From contig OZ024747.1 of the NCBI GenBank assembly GCA_964016885.1, positions 43,710,001-43,774,000 of the forward strand: a stretch of DNA of 64,000 bases. The letters run 5' to 3'. Numbering within the stretch: position 1 is the first letter of the stretch; every line of letters begins with the position of its first letter. A program made the position numbers and the translations under genes. Shown here in pieces: positions 24,207 through 37,694 of this stretch. The notes under the pieces are model-generated. The model worked only from the letters and a program-made list of their open reading frames with translations, was not told where the DNA came from and did not search any database. The stretch comes from Eledone cirrhosa (Eukaryota).

Positions 24207-24918
24207 AATTCAGAAAGAAAGATAGAAAGAAAATAGAAAAAAAAAACATTGAGAGAAAGAAAGAAAGAAAGGAAGGAAAGAAGAAGGAAGGAAGGAAAGA
24301 ACAAGTGAGGATTCTAAGGGAGATTCAAGCAATAATAAAAATGAAGTACAATAAGAAAGTTAAGGAGTCAATAATTTAGAAAAAATAATTCTATTTCATG
24401 AGTTTTTATCAAGAGAGATACTCATCAATATCTTATTGATTTCATGTAGTAAAAAAAAAGAGAGAGAAAAGAAAATGTTTCTATTGGCACATAGAATAGA
24501 GCTGTGTCATTTCACTGTCAGCAGAACAACATTATGTGCACACACACATACACAAATATATATACACACATACATAATGTATATATATGTACACATACAT
24601 ACTTGTCTATCTCTCTCTCTATATATATATATTTATATATATGTGTGTGTACATATACATGTATATGTATATATATACGAGAGAGAGATAGATAGGTATA
24701 TGGATAGACAAGTATGTATGTGTGTATACATACATATATATATATAAATATATATGTATATATATATATTATATATATACAGAGAGAGAGAGAGAGAGAG
24801 AGAAGTTTATATAGAAAAGGCTTCAACAGGACTAGTACTGTTTCATTTGTGTCTTCATTCTACACATGTATTGAGTACCTTATTTACTGTGGTTACCTCC
24901 AACTCAACTCGGGACCTA

Positions 24919-24956
<38 letters not shown>

Positions 24957-25575
24957 CTAGTGTAACCCATGTTAGCATGGAAAATGGATGTTAAATGTAA
25001 ATGACGACGATGATGATATATATATATATACACACATTTATAACTGTCCAGATATATGTGCGCATGCATGTATTTATGTATGTGTATGTGTATGCATACA
25101 TGTGTATGTATGAATGTATGTAAGTTTTCCTCTCTCTTGTTCAATGTACATAGCTATGTATTGGAGAAACACACAGCAATAGATTCTTGTCAAACATACA
25201 CAAACTCATACATTAGGAAACATATGCTGTGTGCGTGTACATTAATATTAAATAGATTTGCGATTTGTCTGGTGAGTCCTGATATATTATTTTCTCAGAA
25301 GTTTAGTTTAGTGTAATGCCACTAGTATCATCATAATCATCAACATCACTCTTCTACATGTTTTCCAGACTGTCATGGGTTGGATATGTTGTCAAGTTTG
25401 TTGAACATGCCCTGCTGCTTATAAGTTATAGTTTGACATAGCTTCTACAACTGGGTGCCTTTTTCTGTATTACCACTTTAGAGAATGAAGTCAGCACAAT
25501 TTATCATGGCACCAGGCACTACCAGTTTACAGAGTGGACTGGGTGCATTTTATCATAGTCTCAGCATATGTATGT

Positions 25576-25908
25576 ATCATCATCATTTTACGTCCGCTTT
25601 TTCCTGCTTGCAAGGGTGGGACGGGAACTGATTCTGGCTTGATTTCTACAGCTGGATGCCCTTCCTAACACCAACCTCATTTACAGTGAGTGCTGGGTGC
25701 TTTTTTTCCATGGCACCTCCACGACCACTTTGCAGTGGAATGATTTGGACCCCAGTCCCTATCATCTCATTTCTACAGCTGAGTAAACTGGAGCAATGTG
25801 AAATAAAGTGTCTTGCTCAAGGAAACAACACATCACCCAGTCTGAGAATTGAACTCACAACCTTTCGATTGCAAGTCCAATGCTCTAACCACTGAGCCAT
25901 GTGCCTCC
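25576..25908 (-). mobile_element. SINE family R, short-tail variant
   Basis: Near-identical reverse complement of 26521-26862. Confidence 0.92.
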
Positions 25909-25918
25909 ATAATGTATG

Positions 25919-25950
<32 letters not shown>

Positions 25951-26432
25951 TTAGTTCCACAACAAATTAGCAAACCATACTCGAGGACGTGCATTTCACT
26001 GAGCGGAGTTTCAACTCATGTATGGCTGTGGTGACAATGTTCTCACCCCAGTCCCACAGTCGAAGCTGATTGTAATTGATTAAGGCTCCAAACTGAACAG
26101 TTGAGAGACAGAGGGTACGCATGATTACAAATAACATGTGTTAAGCTCAAACTGATCTCATTCTTACCATAAACACTCTGCATATCACAGCAATAACAAA
26201 CCGATGTTGATGTTAATACACACTTTTAACACTGAATATCTAATTCATGTAAAAGTATAGTACGCAAACAGGTGCCACCTATAATAATATATTGTTACTC
26301 ACCATCTGGCGACATAAAAATATATCATCATTTTTATGTCACGTTTTTTTCCTGCTGGCATGGATTTGACAGGACTTTTGGAGCCAATATCTGACACAAA
26401 CTCTTTTTTTACTTCTTACACACATAGTAGTT

Positions 26433-26505
26433 GTCTCCGTGGCCTAGCGGTAGGTACTAGAGACGGTGGAGATCCTGGTTTTGGGTTCAATCCTGGTTAG
26501 GAGGT
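26433..26505 (+). other. Isolated tRNA-like Pol III head (tRNA pseudogene or SINE head)
   Basis: GTCTCCGTGGCCTAGCGGTAG (A box) ... GGGTTCAATCC (B box); no convincing acceptor stem. Confidence 0.45.
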
Positions 26506-26520
26506 ACAAGTAACCTTTAT

Positions 26521-26862
26521 GGAGGCACATGGCTTAGTGGTTAGAGCATTGGCCTTGCAATCGAAAGGTTGTGAGTTCAATTCTCAGACCGGGTGATGTG
26601 TTGTTTCCTTGAGCAAGACACTTTATTTCACATTGCTCCAGTTTACTCAGCTGTAGAAATGAGATGATAGGACTGGTGTCCCTATCATTCCACTGCAAAG
26701 TGGTCATGGAGGTGTCACGGCAAAAAAAAAAGCACCCAGCACTCACTGTAAATGAGGTTGGTGTTAGGAAGGGCATCCAGCTGTAGAAATCAAGCCAGAA
26801 TCAGTTCCCGTCCCACCCTTGTAAGCAGAGAAAAGCGGATGTAAAATGATGATGATGATGAT
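26521..26862 (+). mobile_element. Full-length SINE family R, short-tail variant
   Basis: tRNA-like head (TGGCTTAGTGG, GAGTTCAATTC), central CCTTGAGCAAGACACTT domain, RTE-derived tail CCCGTCCCACCCTTG..AGCAG.GAAAAGCGGA.GTAAAA(TGA)n. Confidence 0.92.
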
Positions 26863-26863
26863 A

Positions 26864-27900
26864 TAGCATTGTTCTGGTCCTTTTTCAGCAGCATTTCTAC
26901 TCATATGATTGACAATGCTTCTAGCTTCTTGCCAGCTGCAGTAGATGGCAGCGAAGACATTAGTTAACAAACAAATCTGGCCAATAGAAATCGGCGTCCT
27001 ATGGTAGACTATTTAATCCCAGTGATTTATTTATCCCTTGCACATTAACTCAGCTGCTAAAATAAAAGGTTTGAAATCCTCAGCCTTCCAGGTAGAAAGC
27101 CCCATTAGGTTGTCAGGAGTAGGCATCAAAGTATACATCTTGTGTCTGTCACTCCTTGTGAAAAGTTCAGCAACGTGCTGCTGGAAAACTGCTCACATCT
27201 GTTTATGGTCAGATACCATAAACCAACTGTGCTTAGTGATGAACCAAATTATGGCTTTGTTACCATGCTGTACTTTTCACTTGAGCTCATCAAACAGTGT
27301 TCAAGGCTCAGGATTAAGCACAGGCACCCTAGCAAAGATAATGCAGTATTCCCGTTTCATGTCCTTTGGTTGAGGACCATTCTCACCACTAGCATATTGT
27401 GATGCCTCTTCTAAATGAATAGACTCTTCACTACTTTATCATTCCCTTTAGCTATGTCTTTGCTAAAGATAACCAATATTCCTCTAATTTTACTCTTTCT
27501 TGAGACTCACCACCTATTGATGATGATCATCTTTGTCAATTCCCATTTGGTTAGTTTGTTAATCTGGTTACTGAAATTCTTCTGCACCAGGAAAGATGCT
27601 TGAGTAACTGGGTTCCAGTCTAGTTGTGTGTTTTAAGTTGTTATTATAAGCCACAACTTTGTAGTCCTTATAGCCTACTAGGAAAAAATGAACAATTGAT
27701 GCTAATCCTATCTGCTAACCTGACAAAAACTCTATGTATGACCTGACTGACTCACTGTGACTTGTCCAAGTTCTCATTAGTGCATTTGATTGAGAAATCA
27801 AGGTGAACTCTATCAGGGGTTGTAAGAGGTTCAGAATGTTTACAAGACTTTTCCACTTCCTTCTACTGGCTACCCCAACACAATCCCTGCATTCAAAATA
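26864..27900 (-). mobile_element. Degenerate L1/Tx1-clade LINE ORF2 fragment (end of APE to start of RT)
   Basis: Minus-strand fragments RTWTSHSESVRSYI, LVGYKDYKVV, HGNKAII, MVSDHKQM.AVFQQHVAELF, CARDK/SLGLNSLP (a KSPG.DGLP equivalent) and FAAIYCSWQE, in the expected order with many stops and frameshifts. Confidence 0.7.
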
Positions 27901-28154
27901 TTATTACAATCACCCTTTAACACTTAATGAGTGAAATGTTCCCATGCTACCATCCTATCTTTAAATAGTAAACTATCAGAGACCAGATTTCTCCAAGGCA
28001 ATTTTCCAATTTTACTTGAGCAGGACATTTCAATCATCTTACTCTACAAGTATAGATGGTTTTTATTTAGTATTGCTGATCTCCTTAGCAGTCTGCATCA
28101 AGGCCAACTGATGTATTTTTCTGTACAATAGATATGTTGTCTAGTTATTAGAAG

Positions 28155-28320
28155 CAGGCACAATGGATACCGGATGGTTAAGAATTTTGCTTGATAACTG
28201 TTATGTTCTAGGTTCAATCCTACTGTGTAGCATCTTGAGTCAGTATCAGTTATCATAGCCTTGGGTCAACCTAAGCCTTGTAAGTGAAATTGGGTCACCA
28301 AAAACTGTTTGGAAGTTAAT
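28155..28320 (+). mobile_element. Degenerate tRNA-derived SINE head (family O)
   Basis: GGTTCAATCCTACTG...TAGCCTTGGGTCAACCTAAGCCTTGTAAGTGAAATT; reverse-strand relative at 36900-37175. Confidence 0.6.
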
Positions 28321-28774
28321 CAGATGGAGTGTACCTGTAATTCAAAGAGCCAACCTTATCACATGCTGAATCTCCTTGAAAGCTATATTAAGGCTACATG
28401 TGTCTATAGAATGCTCAACCTCATACAGGTTAATTTCATAAACAAGCTGTTCCAGTGATTGAACAAATGGAGCAATCATCATTGAAAAGGTCCATTCCTT
28501 CGTCTGTGTCACATATTCTTCCTTGTTAACGAACATTATAATTTTTTCACAAATTTCATCTTTTTTTTTTAAATTTTTAGGAAATATGAACATTTCCAAG
28601 ATACAAAATTATTAAAATGGGGTAATTTAATGAAATGGAAAAAAATTCACCAAAAAGTAGCTTGTATGCTTCTCTTGGTGACTAAACAAAATTTAACAGA
28701 AACAAACTTCCATTCATGAAAAACAAAACAGCCACTAAAGAGTATGGCCTTCCTTGGTGGTAGTCAATAGTAAT

Positions 28775-29420
28775 GATTTCTAATTTTGGAACAAGGCCAG
28801 CAATATTGAAGAAGGGAAAGTCAATTATATTGACCCCAGTATTTAACTAGTACTTTATTTTATCGACTCAGGAAGATTGAAAGTCAAAGTTGACCTCGGT
28901 GGGATTTGAACTCAGATTGTAGAAAGTCATAACTAAATAGCACAAAGTATTTGTCTGTCCTTAGTAGTCATTAATAATGGTTTCTGATTTAGGCACAAGG
29001 CCAGCAATATTAGATTGGGTGGGGGGGTCGATTAAATCGACACCAGTGCATTACTGGTACTTTATTTTATTGACCCTGTAAGGATGAAAGGCAAAGCTAA
29101 CTGCAGCAGGATTTGAACTCAGAATGTAAAGGGCCGTAACTCTGTGCTGCAAAGCATGGGGTCCGATGCTCTACCGATTCTGCCAATCCACCACCATAAT
29201 AATAATGATAATAATAATGGTTTCTGATTTAGGCACAAGGCCAACAATTTGGGGAGAGGAGGAGAAAGTCGATTAAATCGACCCCAGTGCTAAACTGGTG
29301 CTTTATTTTATCGACCCCATAAGGATGAAAGGCAAAGCTAACCTCGGCAGGATTTGAACTCAGAACGTAAAGGGCCGTAACTCTATACCGTGAAGCATAG
29401 TGTCCGACACTCTACCGACA
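28775..29420 (-). mobile_element. Three head-to-tail copies of SINE family M separated by (TAA)n
   Basis: Units at ~28775-28950, 28975-29195 and 29215-29420, each TTTCT...ACAAGGCCA...GGATTTGAACTCAGA. Confidence 0.88.
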
Positions 29421-32400
29421 ACAACAATAATAATAATAATGATAATAATGAACAACAACAGAAATAACTAGCCAATACTTTTTATTTCGATATACAATCA
29501 ATCAGACTAATGGGAATGAAAAGCCATACCGAAGTATTGCAAAAGTCTGAGGTATTTTAAATGGGCATGCCTAACTGACTGGTAGCAAGCAAATGGGATC
29601 CAATCAGGGGTATACCCTTAAGCCAAGTAAAGGGTACATAACAGAACAAACACCCAGAAAACAAATTCACCAATGAAACCAACAGGGTAGATGGATGGGG
29701 TATGTCATGGGCAGGGTTGTACTTGGCTACTGAAGATAGTTGTGACAGTTAGTTTTCAAGAAAAGCAAAAAGAAAAAAAAACAAAAAAACAACAAAAATA
29801 ATTGTCTCACCCATTGGAGGAGATAAGGAAGGGATTTGGGGGGAACTTATGAATATATATTATTTAAAAAAAAATAGAAAAAGATGTTTTTTTTTAAATT
29901 TTACTTCATTTTATACAATCTGCAGCATTATCATGATTATGTGACATGTGCAGAGGATGTGTACTCTTATTTGCATCTAGCATTGAATGAATGATTTTAT
30001 TGGGATCGCCGAGAAGATTCAAGAGAGATTCAAACCCCCCCACCACCACCACCTTTAAAACTGACTGGACTGTTGTCAGTATCAACTGACATTCACAGAT
30101 TTAAAAGCAAATAAATTCCTAGAAACATTAGGTATTCTTCATTTTATTTTATATATTATTATTTATAGTTTTCATCAGAAATTTATTAAACTAAATATAT
30201 TTACAATAGTGGGATGTGAGAACACAAAAGATTCTATTTTTAAAGGGAGACACCAACATTTTGTATAAGAAGTTATTGTAAAATCACATTTTAAAAAGTA
30301 ATTATTTCAAATCAAACACACCATATGTAAAAAAAAAATATTTATCACAACATAGGCTTTTACAAATTCAAAACCTTTGGAAATATATACAATTCTGGAA
30401 AGCTCTTGCCTGAGAAGGCTTGTTTTATTTTGATGTTTGCATTCATTGTTTAGCATTTAGATAATAATAATGATATCAGAATAACATTTGACATCATCTC
30501 AGTTATCCATCCCAATAATTTTGTCACTGTTTATCTGCTTATAACAGAGCAGCTAAATATATTTTATAGCAGTCTTCTTAAGCGTATATGCATTCAGATG
30601 CAAATAATCTGCAGCATCAAAGTTAGTTTTATACACTCCTTTACCAAAATATCAAAAGCTTAAAGTTTTAATGATCTGTATACATTGCAGCTTTCATTTT
30701 TATTCATATGTCCAGTATTGTGTAGAAACATAGACATTATTTCTCTTAATCACTATTTACACATTTATTTAGAAAACCAACTCATTTAGATATTATCTTG
30801 GTTTCATTAAACTTTATATTTATATATATACACATATATATTATGCACATACATATACATTTATATATATATACACATACATCTTATATATATATATATG
30901 TGTGTGTGTGTATATATCTATCTCCAGACTTTTGTTTCGCAAACCTTTTGTATTATGTGACATTACTTTAAAAAAAAAAAAAAAAGAGTAGTTCTGAATT
31001 AATTATAGTATTCTTGTACATGTTTCAGCCATTTTGTGCTGACAGTTGCTTTAATGTTGTGAGTAGGTGAGCTTTAAACACCCAGTTCAATGTGATATGC
31101 TAGATATGGTGTCTTCCTTTAGTAAAATAAGTCTCTTATAATACTGATGAGATGCTGAGAAAAAAAAAAAAAGAATATGGCATTGGAAACAAAATTGCTT
31201 CAGCATTTATTGTCTAAAAAAAAAAAATTCTTTATTTTATTATTATAGAAATAATAATACCTGAGCAATACAATTAAAATTCCTTAAGTCTGGTCCCATA
31301 TTTTGAAATAAAAATATTAAAAAATAAATCATATCTACAGTTTATTTCTTACTATCAAAAAGTAGTTAGAAAGGGCTTGAGGATAAAAAAAAAAAACATC
31401 CACAAATCTTGAAATTACAACAAAACTAACAAAAGAAAGAAATATTTGCATGCATGTGCACCAGCAAGTCAATATTTATGGACAGTAATGTTAACAAGAC
31501 AAATATAGACAGGAGGAAATGCCCGTATATGGACTTCTAGGGAGGAGGTGGGGGGGAATCAACACCAGACCTATCGGAGACCCAATAGAAATGTTTGCAA
31601 CCCAGCTCAATACCTTATCTTATCACAGCATTTAAAAGTTACATAACCTGTCAGTTATTAACTGAAGAAAGTGTTTATAACAAGCTATCAAAATGTAACA
31701 AATAGACAACTAAATAAACATCACAATCAAACAAAGAGCAATAATCATCCTTTGTTTATGAAGTAATGCTGAAAAAAAAGAGTTAAAATATAAAAGATAA
31801 AAAAAGACCTCCCCAGAAGACAAAGCATGGATATTGTATATTTATTTAGTAGTCTCATGGTAAACACTATTTTTGTTTCACTAATATACAACATATAAAT
31901 GAAACTGTCAGATAATAAAGAAAATCCTAATGCAATAAATAATAAATAAATAAATAAAAAAAAAAAAATAATAATGACAATAATAAATCCCCAAAAATGT
32001 ATTTATCAGATTTAAATTGATTTTGGAATACTTTTCTTTATTAATAGAAATATACTAAGATAAAAAGGCCTTGAAAATAAAAGAAAAGGGTTTAAAGTAT
32101 GCTAACTTGAATACAGTAAGCATATTTTAAGAGAACTTAGCAAGAAGAAAATACTGAGTAATAGAGTAGAAAGAGAAGAACTATTAATATATTCTTTTGT
32201 TTAATGCATAAGGGTACCAGCTTTCACCAACTGTTTACCTTTCTTGTCTTTTGAGTAAGAAGTGGGGAAATTGTTTTCAATTCTAGCAGAAGTATTTATG
32301 TTGAGAGCAAGTGCTATAATATTAACAATTTCACTGAAATGAAGTGAGGGGAGTGATGCAGGACGAGAGATAAACAGAGTGCTAAAACATGCATTATAGC

Positions 32401-32851
32401 CAGAGTGAAACATAAAAATGATAAAAAGCATATACAGTATAAAGGACATGTGCTCTGTTTGACCAAGGGTGAGGATATTTCTCATAGATTAACTAATGAT
32501 AATACCTATTCCAGTAATACTATTACAAAGATTCTACAAAATATCAACATTTCTTTTGTATCGCACCTCTTCAATTCTTTGTAATATTAACTTGAGGAGT
32601 AAATCGCCATAAAACAATTTTCATGATACTTTCAGTGAAAAAGAAAATGTCTTCTTTGAAACCAAAGTAAGCATTCAATTGCAATGTTAGTTTAGAGTAA
32701 ATATCATTGAAATTCTTTAGGCATATACCATTTTAGCATATCCTACAATAAAACCAATTAAACACCAACTGAAAGTTTATACAAACTACTATATTTCAGC
32801 TTGATACACACTATTAATTTTCTCAGTTTCTGGTGTTATCTTAACTATAAG

Positions 32852-33070
32852 TTGCTATTGCTGTTTAACCCCAAGTCAGCCCTAATAGAGCTAACCTAAC
32901 AAAGATATACTAGTCATCATCATCCCATCTTTTTCTTTCAATCATAGTGTACTTCAGACTACATTATCCAATGTGTTCTATTTTAAAGTTGGTAAGGTGT
33001 GTTTTGAGGAAGATTTAGCTGCTATTACAAACAGATTGAATAACTACATAGAGAGTTCTTTCGTTGGTTC
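32852..33070 (-). mobile_element. Dispersed repeat with a (CAA)n-type tail (probable SINE/LINE end)
   Basis: GTTTAACCCCAAGTCAGCCCT...GTGTGTTTTGAGGAAGATTTAGCTGCTATT; related pieces at 18470-18592, 20398-20445, 37213-37400 and 2100-2180(+). Confidence 0.6.
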
Positions 33071-33436
33071 AACCTTAACCTTAATGATCAATCATTTTAT
33101 CTAGTTTTCATTTGAAAGAAAATATAACTAAATTAATATTAGAAGTTACTTAAAAGAGATGAAAAATATAGGAAATATATTTATATATTAATTGAAATGG
33201 TTTGTTTGACTCATCAAAAATCTAAATGAAATCTTATTCAGTTATTCATACATATAACAAACTAAATTTTCAGTCATACTTCAGAATTTTGTGTAATATA
33301 TTTATATTATCATGTCAAAAATATCCAGATTATCTATATAACTGAGATCATATCATGTGTGTGTGCCTATCACACTCAGTTGACCATGACCTTATATATA
33401 TATATATATATATGCACATACACATATGTGTGTGTC

Positions 33437-33490
<54 letters not shown>

Positions 33491-33677
33491 TACATAATAA
33501 CATAAAAATATATATTATTTTTATTAGAAGGCAACTTACAGGATTAGTTCTATTTCGTTTGATCAAGAAATCACCAAAAGAATCAGAACTAGTCAACAAA
33601 ATAATGCACTTGCATTGAGTACATTATTTTGTACTTCCTGTCTGTTTTTTAACAGAATAAATTTCAGCTATGTATGA

Positions 33678-33728
<51 letters not shown>

Positions 33729-34250
33729 GCAGAAGGTTACATGACCTGTTCATACTAGCATGGAGGAAAAAACGTATGAAAACCAATTTGGCTGGTCGAT
33801 TTTTATCTTTCTCTCTACAATATATATATGGGTGTGTGCATACACACACAAAAGTGTCATCTAATCATCATCACCAACAACTGCCAACCAAGAAAACAAA
33901 AGTAGACAAGCAGACATTCTTTTCTGATGAATAACAGTAGTACCTAATGGTTATAATTAGCAATAATTAGAATTTATTAATTCTCTATGTAATTAATCCA
34001 AAATTACATCATGTATTATTGAGTTATTAATATCAAGAAATCTAGATGGCATTCAATAGATATTTTTGTTTTACTTCATTACATAAAAAAATCAGGAGAG
34101 ACAAATGGAATAAAATTGGGAATTGGAGTTACCTGTTCCAAGTAGTGTGAATACTCTAACAGAATATTTTGTTATTTAACTTATTATTAAAATATTCTCA
34201 ATTTTGACAAGTGTATTATGTTACATATCTCATGCCTGATTGATATATAT

Positions 34251-34595
34251 TCATCATTTCATCATCATTTCATTTTACGTCCGCTTTTCCCTGCTTGCAA
34301 GGGTGGGACGGGAACTGATTCTGGCTTGATTTCTACAGCTGGATGCCCTTCCTAACACCAACCTCATTTACAGTGAGTGCTGGGTGCTTTTTTGCCGTGG
34401 CACCTACACGACCACTTTGCAGTGGAATGATAAGGACCTCAGTCCCTATCATCTCATTTCTACAGCTGAGTAAACTGGAGCAATTTGAAATAAAGTGTCT
34501 TGCTCAAGGAAACAACACACCACCCGGTCTGAGAATTGAACTCACAACCTTTCGATTGCAAGGCCAATGCTCTAACCACTAAGCCATGTGCCTCC
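34251..34595 (-). mobile_element. SINE family R, short-tail variant
   Basis: Near-identical to 25576-25908; its tail is identical over 43 nt to RTE 16981-17023. Confidence 0.92.
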
Positions 34596-36581
34596 ATTCT
34601 CTTAGATAATTTGATACTAGGTACAAAATTATAAAACAAAAACATTTGAAATAAAACAAAGAATGAAATCATTATAAAACTTAATGTTAGAAGTAGTAAG
34701 AAATGTATTGAAGTTTGGAATAAATTTATGAGAAACTTTTTCTCTGCATCTCAGCCATTGAAAAGTTTTCTATTAACAATTATTTATTTAATATTATGAA
34801 GCCATATCATTAGATACCCCTCCCCCAAATTGCTGGCCTTATCATTATTAGATTTAGAAATATCTTCACTATGTATTATAGTTTAATTTGTGTAAAGACT
34901 ATTAGACAAAAAATATCAATAAAAATGTAATTAATTTTTACTTTAAAAATAACCTGTATACCCTCTCCCAGACACCACACCGGAAAATATTAACAGCATT
35001 CAAACCAAATAAAAGTACTACAAATTAAAACAACTATCAATAACTAGCTATATAAGAAATTATTTCCTTATTATACCCTTCAATTAACTTGAAGATTTCC
35101 GGTGCAAATAAATAAATAAATGTTTGTCCTCTTCAATTGAAAGATTAAAATGACTATAAAAGAAAACAAAATAATTGTAACATATATTTCTTCAATTATC
35201 AAGAATAAATAATGAATACAAATTAATTATTGAAAGATATTCTAAGTTCTCATTTACATACAAAGTAAATTTAAGAGAACATTCTTACAAACATCTAAGA
35301 TATTTATAGCCAAAAAGACTTCTTGGTAAGGTGAATGTTATGCATTTAACAGTATTACAATTTTATTCTAATAAAGTGTTTTTATTGTTCATTATATTAC
35401 ATAATTATTATACCTTGAATTTTTAAAGATGCAAGTGGGAAACTGTGAGAGCTTACAGCTTTCTCAATAGTATTTTCAATGTATGTGAAGTGGTTCTGAA
35501 AAAGAAAACCAAGTGGTAGATAAGGTTCTCTGGCACAAAGCCTTATTACTATTATTACACCTATCACTACTAATGATAAATGAACCACTTATGTTGCATT
35601 GTTTCTAGGCCAACAACTTGTAAGTTTAAACTCTTTATGTTTCAGAGTATATATAAAATATCTATATTTTTATTCAAATTATTTATTGAAGGAAGAGGGT
35701 CAGTGGCTATAAATCCTTTACAGGGCCTTTGTAACTGGTGAGAGGAAGTTATCCTCAGACTACAAATATGGCTCAAATATTTACTAAATGTTTTTACAGG
35801 TATGCTAAGAGTGAGAACCTTTAGCCGAATTCAAGAGACAGATTATGTCTATCATATAAGAACATGTCTGACACATATCACTCACATGGTAGAGAAGAAA
35901 CTTCTTATACACACAACCATGCCTGTGATCATAGCTAGTATTATTAACCCAACTGCTCAGGTTTCAATTTAAACTGAATTCCAATCAGTCTATTCTCCAA
36001 ACATCTTCAGTCAAAGAGATCAATGGAATACATAACCTCACTCCCAGAGGTCATAAACAAACTCCAGACACTAAGTCTCTGTAACTTAGAGGGTGGTCTG
36101 GGCTCAGCAACCAGACTAGCAGAAGAATAACTACCCTCCCTGCTTGTAAGTACCTGGCAGTAAATAGAGCTGGATGAGAACTCAGAGCCAAGTGACTCAT
36201 TCATCCCAAAGAGAAAATGAAGACAATGAATGATAGCTGCATCTGAGGCCCCTGGCCCCTCAACCAAGATTGTATTTATTCATTCAGTGTGTGTGTATGT
36301 GTGGTGTGGTGTGGTGTGTGTATATATATATATACATTTTGCACAAATTTTCACTCACAATCTTCATTACAAACATAATTTCAATTCTTCTATATGCTAT
36401 GCAACAGTTTTCTAGCATATGTTGCTGTCTTTCCTGTGGATCTGCACAAAGTCCTGATTTAGAAATAACAATTCTAACTTCTATAATAAAGAATATTGTA
36501 GAAATAAATCAACTTGGAATTGACTATTCTAAATATGTCTTTGTAAGGTATGTTATTATACTAACTGAAACAAGACTTTAA

Positions 36582-36791
36582 CCCTTTAGCATTTACATTA
36601 TTCTATATATACTATTATATTTTCATAGTAAAGGCTTTACCTCGCATAATTATCTCACATAATATCGAATCTATGAGATTTTGAAAGTATTTATTTTGAG
36701 AACAATACCTTAACATCAGTATGAATGGCCAGTTACAGCCAGTTTCAACAGAAAGAGGTAGAGAATTCTGGCCGGTTTGAACATTAAAGGG
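36582..36791 (+). mobile_element. TTAA-flanked MITE family A, copy 4
   Basis: TTAA CCCTTTAGCATTTA...ACATTAAAGGG TTAA. Confidence 0.87.
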
Positions 36792-36899
36792 TTAAATGGA
36801 TACCTAGGCAGTGATTAACATTTCATTCAACCAAATGAAATCAAATAAACTATGAGTTTTGATAATACTTGTTCTTGTTCAACCAACAGAACAGTCTGC

Positions 36900-37175
36900 T
36901 CAAGAAATCAACATGTTTGTAGCTGAGTATTCCACAAGTATACTCTTCATTGAATTCTCTGGATGATTCTAAATGACAGTGTGTGTAACAAGGTTGGTTC
37001 TTTGAATGACAGTCCATCCAATGGGCTTCCAAACAGCTTGCATCTTTCCATTTTTTTTTCACAAGGCATGGGTTGACTCATAGCTATGGTAAATGACACT
37101 TGCTCAAGATGCCACACGGTGGGATTGAACACAGAATCTAATGACTGTGAAATGAACTTCTCGACCACGCTCCAT
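36900..37175 (-). mobile_element. Degenerate SINE family O
   Basis: GACACTTGCTCAAGATGCCACACGGTGGGATTGAAC is the reverse complement of a tRNA-like head plus the GGCA.CTTG.GCAAGTGTC domain. Confidence 0.65.
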
Positions 37176-37655
37176 CTGTCATTCACATAAATTTGCTTGA
37201 GACATTTAGAAGTTCTGTTATGTTGTTTAGGGACAGGTCAATGCTGACATGCAGCAGAAGAAACATTATCGTTAGTATTCAAGCCATGACCATCTCATCA
37301 ATTTTTATCTATCTGAAACTTCTTTTCTTTAATAATGTAAGGTATGATTTAAGGAAGATTTGGCGTCTATTTCTGCTAAGTTGAATGACAATGTAGGGGC
37401 TTTTGGGGAGTGCATTTTTTAAGAACGATGTTGTAAAAAATATTAACCCCAATATATCTATTTTTGTGAATGGGAATTAACTGATATTTAGCAATGCATA
37501 TTTGGTTTAAATAGGCACACCATATCCCTGCATGTCACAGGGGGCAACTAAAAGTGTGATACCAAAAAGAGCATCTGGCTGTAAAATGGGGTTTCAAAAA
37601 GGACCCCATGATCAATATAAACTGTCTTGAAACCCACAAGGTTAACTCCTACATT

Positions 37656-37694
<39 letters not shown>

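Noticed and set aside
25656-25895. Recurrent 79-80-aa ORF MPFLTPTSFTVSAG... (also 26534, 34343)
   Set aside because: It is the antisense reading of SINE family R, not a gene family.
28342-28599. Protein-like minus-strand frames (85-aa ORF; alternative RICDTDEGMDLFNDDCSICSITGTACL* at 28436-28521)
   Set aside because: There is no recognisable domain, the acceptor is weak and no partner exons were found; a BLASTX or RNA-seq check would be needed.
36000-36270. GC-richer block with partly open frames
   Set aside because: It has multiple stops and no identifiable family; probably a decayed retroelement piece.
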